This document shows, piece after piece, positions 1 through 10,809 of a DNA stretch of 64,000 nucleotides. This DNA is from Balanoglossus misakiensis (lineage: Eukaryota; Animalia; Hemichordata): contig JBECUI020000024.1 in the NCBI GenBank assembly GCA_040954595.2, positions 620,001 through 684,000 of the forward strand. Reading direction: 5' to 3'. The number at the start of each line of letters is the position of its first letter. Position 1 is the stretch's first letter. The notes below the pieces were generated by a model. It saw nothing but the letters and a program-made list of their open reading frames with translations, was not told where the DNA came from and did no database searches. A program made the translations under genes and the position numbers.

Positions 1-789
1 ACTTAAATTTTGAAATCCAAAAGAGAGAGTCATCTTTTTTTCAAACGTTTAGGGGGGATGTCATATACATGTACCCACCGATGCTAACTTTGAGTGGAGT
101 GGCAACAGTAAAATTGGTCCTTTCAAACATTGAGATACATGTAATTTGCTTTTGACTTCATTAAAATGCAACTTTGAGCTACATATTTTACAAAGTTTTC
201 TTATGTGGAAGGAGGACATCCCCTCCCACACCCATCCCCTTATTTCTTCGCCACATATAGTGTACCAGGGCAGAATACTTGCCATCCCACCCCCACTGAT
301 GTTAACTTTGAGTGGCAAAAGTGAAATTTGTCCTCCCCAACATTAAGTTAATTTGCCTTTGAGTTCATTAAAATGCATTAATTGTATTTTACAAAATTGT
401 CCTACGTACACCCACCCCTTCCACTTTTCTTGTTTTACCAATTCTACCAACTATTGTATTGACGTGTCCTTTTAATTTATCCATAGACCTTCTTTATTGC
501 AACGCTATACTATTATACACTTCAAATTATAAATTTCTTTAAGAAATTTAGAATTGAGGTGTGAGGAGACCCTTTACCTTTATTGCATACAGTCAGTGTA
601 CATAAGATAAGGATGGTGAATGTTTTCGGGGTGGGAGGAGGGTCATCATATTTTGGTCCTGTCAAAGGGGGGGGGGGGTCATCATTTTTTTGGTCCTGGT
701 TGAAGGGGGTGTCGGCCTGATTTTGAAAACCAATGACACAAACTTTTGCCCCCCCCCCTCCACCAAAACTGAACAGTCCCTTACTAAAG

Positions 790-2220
790 GACGTCAATGT
801 CTGTTTACAGTCAAATGCATTGCCATCAGAAAAAAAAAATGCAAACAATTTCTTATGTTTGTAGTACGCACTTTTTGTATATCTGTAAACTGTGTCTCAG
901 TTGTGAAATTCTAAGGAAATTTGTTCCTTGGGTAGAATAAATGATTCTTAAACAAACTTAGTCCTGAAAGCTAAATGGTTACCTCAGAGAAACTGTGTTA
1001 AATTTGGTCATCATTGTTTTAAATCACACAAGACATTCCCACAGCTAAGTTACTGCAGCAGTCAGTTTCAACTCAGCTTGCAAATTGGGATCATGTCTTG
1101 TGTTCATCGAGACTGTCTGTAGTCGAGTTGACAGTCACTACAACTGTATTGCAAATATGGCAGGGTTGGGCAACTCTTCCAATTTGCATTTGAACACCTT
1201 TTCTGTTTGCGTCAAAATGATGAATAATGTTTCGTTTTCAAGAATGCCTTAATATGGGCACCCAATACAAGACAACTGCATTGCAAATGGCATTTTCATT
1301 CAACTCTCCTGGGTACCTAAAACAATTTCAACATGGTTGACATGGCAATATTAGACAACTGTTCTAATTTGCATAATCCAAAATGGCCGCCAAATTTCTC
1401 TAACATGTTAATTTCCCATATTTGTTTTAAATGGTGTGTAATATCGAATTTGCAGGGTTTCAATTAATATGGGTACCTAAAACAATTTCAACATGGTTGA
1501 CATGGCAATATTAGACAACTGCTCTAATTTGCATAATTCAAACACCTGCTGGATAATTTAACTTTTGCCATTCTTGTCCCATGATTGTATGTATTATATC
1601 TCATAACAGGCAATTAAGTGTGCTAATTGTCAAGCCAATCTTAATTCTTCATCTGCACCACAAATCAGATGCAAGGTTTAGGACTGGGAGTGTATATGGG
1701 AGCAGCATATAGGGGCCTACAGGTATCTTTAATGGCAAGTCCTCGGTTAAAGCCAGAATGTTTTCAGGTTGTAGGCCTCTATTGTATCTACAACAGTTTC
1801 TATCACCTCCATCCCACTGGCCGGCACCCGAGGGGGGGGGGGGGGGTACTTGAAATTTTTTCGGATGGTAGTCTGTCGCCCCAGTCGATAACATCAACAC
1901 GTGTAAATGCCCAAAACCCGACCTATTTGTATTATAAGTCAAATTTTCTGGTCATTTACCCCAAGGTTTTCTTAAAGACTACATACCTATACACCTTTGT
2001 ATGGGAGAACACATCCCCCACCCCCCTGCCAACACTAATTGGACAACTTTAATCTTGTTATACTTCTTTATAAGTCAAAATGTTCAGTAAGAAAAGGCAA
2101 CAAGTTATTGAAGCTGCTGACCATGGAAACTATGATGAAGTATATTTTTTTCCTAGCTGTACACATGTACAGTATAATTGGCCCAATGTACCAATTGGAG
2201 ATGTGTGCCTTACAAGCAAC
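790..2220. repeat. Interspersed repeat; inverted copy of 47810-49670
   Basis: Long reverse-complement matches, e.g. 1040-1137 vs 49323-49420 and 2095-2220 vs 47812-47935; contains ~160-bp subrepeats. Confidence 0.8.
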
Positions 2221-3583
2221 ACAGGTTGTATATCCAAGCCTTGTCTGTTGGCACTATGAAGGGTATTGGAAGAATGTCTCTGCTGGCCACTTTGGCCAGC
2301 CACTTTTGGCCAGCAGACTATCAAAAGGGTCAAGAAAATAGCCCTAAAAGGTATGGCACTGTATGCAAATCTAGTGCAGGAGTGGATTGATACATTTCCC
2401 ATCACTGTACATGCATCATCCTGTATGGATGATATGTACTCTAGCATTATGCACCAGATAAAAATGGTCAAAATTGCAAAAAAAAGGAGATGAAACTCCC
2501 ACTGGCCTTTAACGCAATCCATAGATAAAGAGACAACATGTTCAGGCATTGGATCTAAACATGGTGGATACTGACGAGGGTGTGGTGAATGATGGTGAAT
2601 CCCTGGATGTTTTGAGGTCAGAATTCTGAAAAGGATTCCCATCGTGAGATTGAGGAACAGGATGATGCAGAGGGGCTGGCTCTTTGTGAGTGGGGATAGA
2701 CATATATTTGGGATACAGAGGTTGCACTTCCTTGCTTCATGATTAGTACGGTAACACTGCCAAATTTGCAACACAGTTGTATTGTTAAAGGTACCCATAT
2801 GAATGTGCTAATCCTGAAAATACGATATTGCGCATCATTTTGGGAAACATGGCAAAATTTCACTTTTAGTGGTGATTGGCGGCCATTTTTGATTATGCAA
2901 AATAGAAAAGTTGCCAAACACTGCCATATTTGCAATACATAACCAATATGGATGCAAATCCTGAAATTTTAGATATTACACATAATTTTGAGAAAAAAGG
3001 GCCAAGTTTTATTTTAGAGAAGGTATTTGGCGGCCATTTTTGATCATGCATATTAGAAGAATTGTCCAACATTGCCATTTTGGCAACTCAGCTGGAATAG
3101 GTCTAGGCTCCCATATGAATGCCAATAAGCAAAAAACTTCATAGGAAAGAAAATTTCTAGGTAGGAAAATTTTGACTCAACTTCTGGTTCTAATAATAGG
3201 TGTAAGGATGTGATCGTTTGATTTTGCAACATTTTACAATTTCAAGCTGTGTGTATTTAACTCTGGTGCAATTCTGGTTGGAGAGACAAATGGCTTAAGC
3301 CATTTAATTGAAAATATAGCACTACTTCACCAGGGTTGTGCAGTACCTTTGACAACGCTTTGAACAATGTTGCAAAAAGCTTTGTGTTGAAGCTTGCTAC
3401 AAGACTTGGCGTGCTGAAGCCTCTTATACTAGTCTTAGTTGAACCTCAGCTGTAACTACGTTTGTGAAACCTTAACATTCAAATCTTTGGCCAAAGTTAG
3501 GGTTGCAAAGCTTCTTCAAAGTTTTGTGAACCTCAACAATGCTTTTCTATAGAAACCTTTAAACATGCGGGGGGGGGGGGGGG

Positions 3584-3787
3584 TGTAGTATTCTGACAGC
3601 TACGATCAATATAGCGCCCTCTAGTGTTGCATTGTTGGTGTTCCACTTGTTTATGAATTGCTGTACGACGTCACTTCCGCCCAGATAAGGCGAAGCACAT
3701 TGTTGAGTCTTTTCAGCCGATCAATAAATAGGTTGTTGTTATACCTTATGATCGCATTATTATTCCCATGTTGATGGAAACATAACA
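3584..3787 (+). repeat. 5' LTR (204 bp)
   Basis: TGTAGT...ATAACA; no differences seen versus 3' LTR; AATAAA at ~3723. Confidence 0.97.
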
Positions 3788-3801
3788 TGGTGGCAGCGGT
3801 G
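3788..3801 (+). promoter_or_regulatory. Primer binding site, tRNA-Leu
   Basis: TGGTGGCAGCGGTG is complementary to the 3' end (CACCGCUGCCA-CCA) of eukaryotic tRNA-Leu(AAG/UAG), directly after the LTR. Confidence 0.85.
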
Positions 3802-3897
3802 AACGTGAGTGATCAGATGTAAGCAGACTTTACACAGTATCGACTACACAAGACACCAAAACTACAGAAGAAAAGACCATCGAACTGACCTGACAAG

Positions 3898-4677
3898 ATG
3901 GCGGCCGCACTACAAACGCCCTTCACAGCCCCAAAGATGGAATGGGACGCGCCAGATCTAGCAATAGCCTTCAGTCGTTTTCGTCAAAAATGTGAGTTAA
4001 CATTTAAGACAGCACTTAAAGATGCTAACGATGAAGAGAAAGCTAGCTACATACTTCTATGGTCCGGTGAACCAGGTCTTGACAAATACAACAGTTGGTC
4101 GTTTGAAAATGAAGACCAGCGGAAAGACCCCACAGTACTATTCGACAAATTTTCCGAACACTTAGAGCCGAAGTCGAATCATCGCATACATAGATACCAA
4201 TTCCAAGATATGAGACAAGACCCTGGAGAACCAGTTGATGATTTCTTTTCGAAATTGAAAAATGAAGCCGCCAAATGCAAATTTGGGGATACAAATGAAC
4301 AGGAAGCAAGACTCGTAGATCAGTTGATATGGGGGATCTGTCACCAAGAAATACAGAAGAAACTTATTGGGCGTGATGAGAAACTGACCTTGAAGGAGGC
4401 GCTCGATATAGCTAGAGGTCACGAAGCCACAACAAAACACATGAAAACGCTCACAAATTGCCATATTGCTAATCCTGTGGATAGCAAAGCTGTCAACGCA
4501 GTAAAAAGGCAGCCCAACAAGACACACCCCAAACAATGTAAGCATTGCGGAAAAAAGCATGACACCTCAGTGAAAAGTAACTGCCCAGCATATGGCTCGA
4601 AATGCCGAAATTGTGGGAAACCTAATCACTGGCAGGCGGTATGCCGTTCCAAAACCAGCTCAAGCGAACCGAAGTAA
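3898..4677 (+). CDS. gag: Gag with two zinc knuckles
   Basis: CKHCGKKH..C and CRNCGKPNHWQAVC; typical Mag-type gag N-terminus; ends in TAA in frame with pol. Confidence 0.9.
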   Translation: MAAALQTPFTAPKMEWDAPDLAIAFSRFRQKCELTFKTALKDANDEEKASYILLWSGEPGLDKYNSWSFENEDQRKDPTVLFDKFSEHLEPKSNHRIHRYQFQDMRQDPGEPVDDFFSKLKNEAAKCKFGDTNEQEARLVDQLIWGICHQEIQKKLIGRDEKLTLKEALDIARGHEATTKHMKTLTNCHIANPVDSKAVNAVKRQPNKTHPKQCKHCGKKHDTSVKSNCPAYGSKCRNCGKPNHWQAVCRSKTSSSEPK

Positions 4678-7600
4678 CAGCAGAGACGAGGTGGAAAACC
4701 AATCCATAATGTGACACGCTCGAGCAGCAACATGCATCAAATAGATGATGAAGTCCTAGATGTTGGAACTATCGAAATAAATGCATTGGACAACATCAAC
4801 AGACAAGAAGAAATATACACGAAACTGACAATCACACAGAGCGAAAAGAAAAGGAAAGTAGCACTGAGATGCAAGATTGATACCGGTGCACAGAGCAATA
4901 TACTGCCCCTCTGCCTTTTCAAGATCATATTTCCAGAGAAACTGGATAAACACGGAAATCCAAAACGCGGGCACTTGAAGGAAAATAAAACAATCCTTAC
5001 CGCATATGGAGGTTCCAAAATCAAACAGCTTGGCACCATCGTCATTCCATGTGAACATAGAGAGAGGAAAATCAGATGCCTCTTCTATGTAACTGACGCC
5101 GCAGGCCCAGCCATTTTAGGGTTAAAGGCAAGCAGAGCCTTAAACCTGATACAAATAAACTGTTCAGTAGAAGCCATACAAGTGCAGGCGAGCTCAGAGT
5201 GCAAGACAGCACAGCCTGGAAGAAATGTGGAAGTGGAAAAGAGAAAGATGAACGAACAGAAGCCAGCAGGAAGAAACAGAAACCCTGCAGATGACTACAT
5301 AGACAGTAATACACCAATCAGGGACCGCCCTCCCATAAAGAACAAAGAACAGTTGCTGAGGATGTACCCTGATTGCTTTGACGACGTGGTCGGATGTTTT
5401 GAAAACTACACATACCACATCACTCTTGATCCAGAAGTACAACCAGTAGTACACCCTGCCCGCAGAGTTCCATTAGAACTAATGGATAGACTCAAAACCG
5501 AGCTGCAGGAGATGGAAGATAAGCAAATCATCGCCAAAGTGAACCAGCCTACGAACTGGGTCAATTCTCTTGTTGTCCGGGAGAAAGACAATGGAAGACT
5601 TCGCATTTGTCTGGACCCGAAGGACTTGAACAAAGCCATTAAAAGGGATCATTACCCTACACCCACATTGGAGGAGATTACCCCAAAGTTGGCAGGCGCA
5701 ACACTTTTCAGCAAGCTAGACGCGCGGAACGGATACTGGAATGTAAAGATCGATGAAGAACATCCTTCCTGACGACCTTTAACACACCATATGGCCGTTA
5801 CAGATTCCTACGAATGCCATTTGGGCTAAGGATGAGCCAAGATGTGTTTCAATTCAAAATTGATGAAACATACAGAGAGTGTGAAGGTGCAGTCGGCATT
5901 GCAGACGATATACAAGTCTTCGGATCAGGAGAGCGACACCATGACCTGCATCTACACGAAGCCATGGAACGAACCAGGAAAGCAGGCATTAAACTGAACA
6001 AAGAGAAATGCTACATCAAGACAAAAGAATGTAGTTTCTTTGGCATGTTATACACAGAAGACGGAGTTAAACCCAACCCAGAAAAGGTCAAGGCGATAGA
6101 GATGATGCATCCGCCTAGAGACAAGACCGAACTGCGCACATTCCTCGGAATGGTGAACTACATGGGTTCATTCATACCCAGATTAGCTGAACACACAGCA
6201 CCACTGAGAGAGCTCATCAGAGACGACACTGAGTTTGAGTGGTCTCCGACACACACAAAGTCTTTCAATATGATCAAGGACCTGATCAGCACAAAGACTA
6301 CACTTGCTTACTACGACCGTAAGAAGCCTGTCACTCTACAAGTCGACGCATCGGGAAAGGGAATCGGAGCGGTGCTCATACAGGAACAGAGACCTATAGC
6401 ATTTGCGTCCAAGGCCCTGACACCAGCGGAAACCCGATACGCCAATATAGAAAGAGAACTACTAGCGGTAGTCTACGGATGTGAGAAGTTTCGCACATAT
6501 CTCTATGGCAGAAGTTTCATAGTAGAGAGTGATCATCGACCGTTGGAGCAAATTCAGAGGAAGAATTTGACCAAGGCACCACCCCGATTACAGAGAATGC
6601 TGTTGCGCATACAGCCGTATGATTTCACCATACACTACAAGCCAGGCAAACAGATGATACTTGCCGACGCACTATCTAGACTGTCACCACAAGATCAGAA
6701 CGAAATCAGTGACATGAAAGTCTAGATACACCACCTGGTGAAGATCACACCAATGAGACAGATGGAGATCAAAGAAGAAACTACCAAAGATGAAATTCTT
6801 CAATTATTGATCCAGCAAGTCCTGAAAGGATGGCCAGATAGCATCAAGGACATTCACGCTGATATTCGACCCTACTGGTCTATTCGAGACGATATCGCTA
6901 TCGAAGATGGTATTATCCTGATAGGCAGCCGACTCCTCATACCAGCAGTAATGAGAGATGAAATGCTACAACGCATTCATAGCAGTCACCTGGGGATCGA
7001 GAAATGCAAGCTGAGAGCCAGATCCAGCATGTACTGGCCTGGAATTTGTAAAGATATAGAGAGACTAGTAACAGGATGCAACGCGTGCCAGAAATTCCAG
7101 AATTCCCAGCAGAAGGAACCGATGATTCCAATGGAAATTCCACCACGACCGTGGCACACAATTGGAGCAGACCTATTCTACGTGAACCAAACATGGTACA
7201 TGATAGTTGCTGACTACTACTCCAAGTTCCCCTTCATTAGGAAACTTGAAGACCTCAGAGCCAGTACCATTATGAGAGCCCTCCGAATTCTATTTGCAGA
7301 GCAAGGAATACCCGAGAAACTAGTTTGTGACAACGGATCTCAGTTTACAGCTAGAGACTTCCACAGCCTAACTGAGAAGTATGGTTTTGCGATAGTCACA
7401 TCATCACCATACTATCCCAAAGGGCACGGTTTTATCGAGCGACATGTACAGACCGTGAAGAACATCCTGATGAAGTGCAAAGAGTCCGGAGATGATCCGA
7501 ATCTAGAATTGTTGGCACTTCGCGCGACTCCATTGAAGTCCAACATACCATCACCAGCTGAGTTGCTGAACAGCAGAGCATACAAGACAACTCTCCCAGC

Positions 7601-8048
7601 CAAAATTCACCCAGCAAGAAACGGGGAGGAAGTTCGTCAATACCTGACATCTCAACAGCAGGCCCAGACTTCCAGCCACGACCAGCACTCCAGACAACTA
7701 CCAGAATTGCTGACAGGTCAACAAGTCCATGTACAAAGCCCAATCAGCAAAACATGGAGTCTAGCGAGAGTTGTAGCCCCAGCAAACACACCTAGGTCCT
7801 ACACCGTGAAGTTAGACAACGGGAAACAAATGCGACGCAACAGGATCCACATGAAACCAGTCAGCGCAGAACTGAAACCAGCACAGACAGGGATGGATCA
7901 ACACAATATTGCACCAGCAGTCACAGACGGAACACCGCCTCAACAACCCGCAATGCCAGCGTCACCAGCCCAAGAATCGTTGAGATCAACACGAACCAGA
8001 ACAAATATACAAAAGCCGTCTCGATACAAAGATTATGTGACTGATTGA
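4678..8048 (+). pseudogene. pol: Pol (aspartic protease, RT, RNase H, integrase), disrupted
   Basis: DTGA protease; LDARNGYW, MPFGL and IADD RT motifs; DASG RNase H; HHCC and DLF-DNG-E integrase; 1-nt frameshift near 5761 and in-frame TAG at 6723-6725. Confidence 0.93.
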
Positions 8049-8254
8049 TAGCTTTTTCTGATATTGAGATACGCCATTTGTTCCACAGAAAGTTGAGTTA
8101 TACAGAGGAAAATTTATCACATTTTTCCCAGAGTATTTTTCATGTTCGTTGCGTTTGATTTTGACAAAGACTGATTCAAGATGAATGCAGAGTTTGCACA
8201 GGACAATTCACAGTGACATTCGTATTCAAAAAGAGTTTTGAAACAATTTATCTT

Positions 8255-8267
8255 AAAGAAGAGGGGA
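8255..8267 (+). promoter_or_regulatory. Polypurine tract
   Basis: AAAGAAGAGGGGA immediately before the 3' LTR. Confidence 0.9.
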
Positions 8268-8471
8268 TGTAGTATTCTGACAGCTACGATCAATATAGCG
8301 CCCTCTAGTGTTGCATTGTTGGTGTTCCACTTGTTTATGAATTGCTGTACGACGTCACTTCCGCCCAGATAAGGCGAAGCACATTGTTGAGTCTTTTCAG
8401 CCGATCAATAAATAGGTTGTTGTTATACCTTATGATCGCATTATTATTCCCATGTTGATGGAAACATAACA
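8268..8471 (+). repeat. 3' LTR (204 bp)
   Basis: Direct repeat of 3584-3787. Confidence 0.97.
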
Positions 8472-9880
8472 GGGGGGACACCAACATCGTAGTCAGTGAG
8501 GTCATCTATGGTGGTGGGCGCGTCTTCCACTCGGCACTCCTCCGCGCATGCTTGGGGGATAAAAAATGCATCAAAAACCCCTGGCGCGTCCTCGCTCCCC
8601 CTGCGTCGATGGATTCTGTGCGACTGCTTCCGCCCCCGTCCTCTCTGGTTGCTGTGTCCGGATTGATGATGTTTTCCGGTGAGGTCGGATTTCCCGGAAT
8701 TCTTCCTGTCGTGATTGGGATACCCACCTCAGCAGTATGCTAAGGACACGCCAGTGGATGAGAATCGCTGGTGTGGTGGGGGAGCTCAGTCGGAACCTGT
8801 TCGGCACCTCCCACCCCTGGAAGACGCACAGGCGCTTCATCATCACCATGGACTCCGGTGAACAAAAGGATTCCGTAGGGATCCGTCCAGGTCCGCCCCT
8901 GCGGATATAGAAGTCTAGCAGGTCGGGTATTTCATTTCCTGGACCACACAGCCAGTATAGGTGAGTTTCTCTAACGCCTCAACCGCGTCCCGCTCGCGGA
9001 ATACTACCGGCTTCTCAGTAAAAATAACTGGAAGGTGGCACTGAAAGGCGTGTTTCTTCAGTTTGCGCGTGGACCTCCGGCCTCCCGGGAACGGACATGG
9101 AGAAGGGCCTGATGAGTAATGTGGAACAGAGCATAGGGGGCTCCTTCGGGCCAGCCTGGCGCTCCTCCAGCGGCGTTCGTCTTCTTTGGGCGGTTCCGGC
9201 GTCGGATACCGGATCGGTGAGCGACGTCTGGGGCTGAGATCTCCCCAGCGTGAAAAGGATGGTCGTTCACGGGAAGGTGGGCGGTCCCGCCTTTCCTCTC
9301 GAGAACGCTCCGGTCGCGGCGACCGGGTTGGGGATCTGGACCTAGTAGGGCTGCCGGGGTGGCGTCGAAGTTCCCAGGGGATTAGATATTCCCCCGCCTC
9401 CAACGTCGCCTCCAGCTCCAATGGGTTGATCAGTGACTGCAGCGGCAGCATTTCTTGGCGTGGGGGTGATGGCTCCTGCAGCAGCCCTTGGTTTCCCCCG
9501 TCTCTCGCTACTGCTATTGGGGGTGATACACGGGTGCGGGGTGGGTCTGGCCCTTCCGACACCTCCATCGCCTGGTCCTTGTCGCCACCGAGTACCTGTT
9601 TTTCCAGCTGCGGATCCCGGAAGATGCTCAAAGTTTCCTCCAGGTCGTCAGCTGCGGTGGTGGTTCTTGTGGGCTCTTGCGGGGAGATATGGCCAACGAA
9701 TCCCCCACGTACGCGGCCTGGATTGAACTCCCGAGGTAGTGTGCAGGTTTTTATGGCTGCGTCGGATGGTACGGGCAGGTTGGCTTCATTCTTTTCCTTC
9801 CCGTATACATGCATGGCCTCCTCCCGTACCGTGGACATCCATCCTATGTCGCCTAGAACCGTGGCTACTTGACAGTTCTC
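8472..9880 (-). pseudogene. Frameshifted, truncated ORF: Arg/Ser/Pro-rich region, C/H motif, ILIHWRVL motif and degenerate DxHxH start of a possible TatD-like nuclease domain
   Basis: GC-rich long reading frame (ORF 8915-10147) continuing after frameshifts as MKRLCVFQGWEVPNRFRLSSPTTPAILIHWRVLSILL, then PGVFDAFF.. and TTIDDLTDYDVGVPP up to the LTR; family assignment is from recalled similarity, not a search. Confidence 0.5.
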
Positions 9881-9913
9881 ACGGAGCATCAGGAACAGTA
9901 TTTTATGTCTCAC

Positions 9914-10120
9914 CTCCACTTCAGTTGTCGCTGTTGTATTTAATGTGGACGATGTTTTATATCTGTTGATAACCAATGGGCCTAGTTTAACTGTGGCACC
10001 TACATCCAGTGGCAGCGCTGTTTTCTCACCCCAAAGGTTGACTTCAGCATCTCTTGTGCCATCAGTTATGATCAGTTTACGTCTCTTTGTAGAATTCGAT
10101 GTATGTGTCACTGATTCATA
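9914..10120 (-). pseudogene. OB-fold gene copy A, second-OB exon
   Basis: cag|YESVTHTSNSTKRRKLIITDGTRDAEVNLWGEKT...LNTTATTEVE|gtgaga; 207 nt; D-x-x-x-x-x-V-x-LWG is an RPA/SSB-type OB signature. Confidence 0.75.
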
Positions 10121-10537
10121 CTGTAGTGGAAATAAAATGGAAAACATTGAATGTTAATAATTACGAGTAGTAAATGTTGTGGAGAAATAGTGCAAGAGTG
10201 GTTGTTTTTTGTCAGTTGCTTTTTAAAATTTGAACTGCAAAATGATGAATCGATGGCAGTAATTTTGACCCGAGGTGAGTTGACAAGGCATGGTTGTATC
10301 ATATAAAAGGATTTTCAATGTACGTGATCGCATGGAGGCTGCCATATTGGATTACATCTGAAGACCTTCCCATTGGGCTTCGGTTGAATTCGGGAAAGGT
10401 CTCTAAAATGTAATGGGTCATTCAATTGTGTAGAGTAAATTTCTAAAAATGTAGAAGATGGGAGGTTAAGATACCCAAAATGACTACGGCAAAAAAAAAG
10501 TCAGGCCCATAAGTTTCGGGGTGCGATTATAACGTAC

Positions 10538-10807
10538 CTTTGCTCTATCATAGAGGCAAATGGTATTATCTCTTCCAGTGGAAAAGTTGCGGAGCTGTAC
10601 GTATTCTCCCTTCTGTAATCTGTTCAGCCACTTCGGATTTTCTTTCCAGAATTTAAGTTCCAGAACGTTGCCATCCTGCTGCATACAAGGCACGCTAAAC
10701 AGTTTCCCGTTGGCGGAATTCCGGATCTCGACATCCTCCATGAGGCGCAATTTCAGTGCCACGCCTTGGCTGGTTGGGGATGAGGGACCGGGAGCCGGGG
10801 ATGCCAT
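10538..10807 (-). pseudogene. OB-fold gene copy A, first coding exon
   Basis: Acceptor tttcag before 10820, ATG at 10807, MASPAPGP...LELKFWKEN...LQKGEYVQLRNF...DRAK|gtacgt; 90 codons. Confidence 0.7.
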
Positions 10808-10809
10808 AA

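Larger units (their letters stand above)
3584..8471 (+). mobile_element. Full-length Ty3/gypsy (Mag-like) LTR retrotransposon
   Basis: TG...CA LTRs at 3584-3787 and 8268-8471, PBS, PPT, gag-PR-RT-RH-INT order, G-run on both flanks (GGGGG TSD within a poly-G). Confidence 0.97.

Noticed and set aside
2130-2798. 222-aa minus-strand ORF
   Set aside because: Spans repeat boundaries and has no recognisable motif
8049-8254. env gene in the gypsy element
   Set aside because: Only ~200 bp lie between the pol stop and the PPT
9186-9872. 228-aa plus-strand ORF
   Set aside because: Antisense shadow of the GC-rich minus-strand ORF
8915-10147. 410-aa ORF as one functional protein
   Set aside because: Starts in an intron (TTG), reads through a splice donor at 9913 and ends at a frameshift; it is a chimera of two genes
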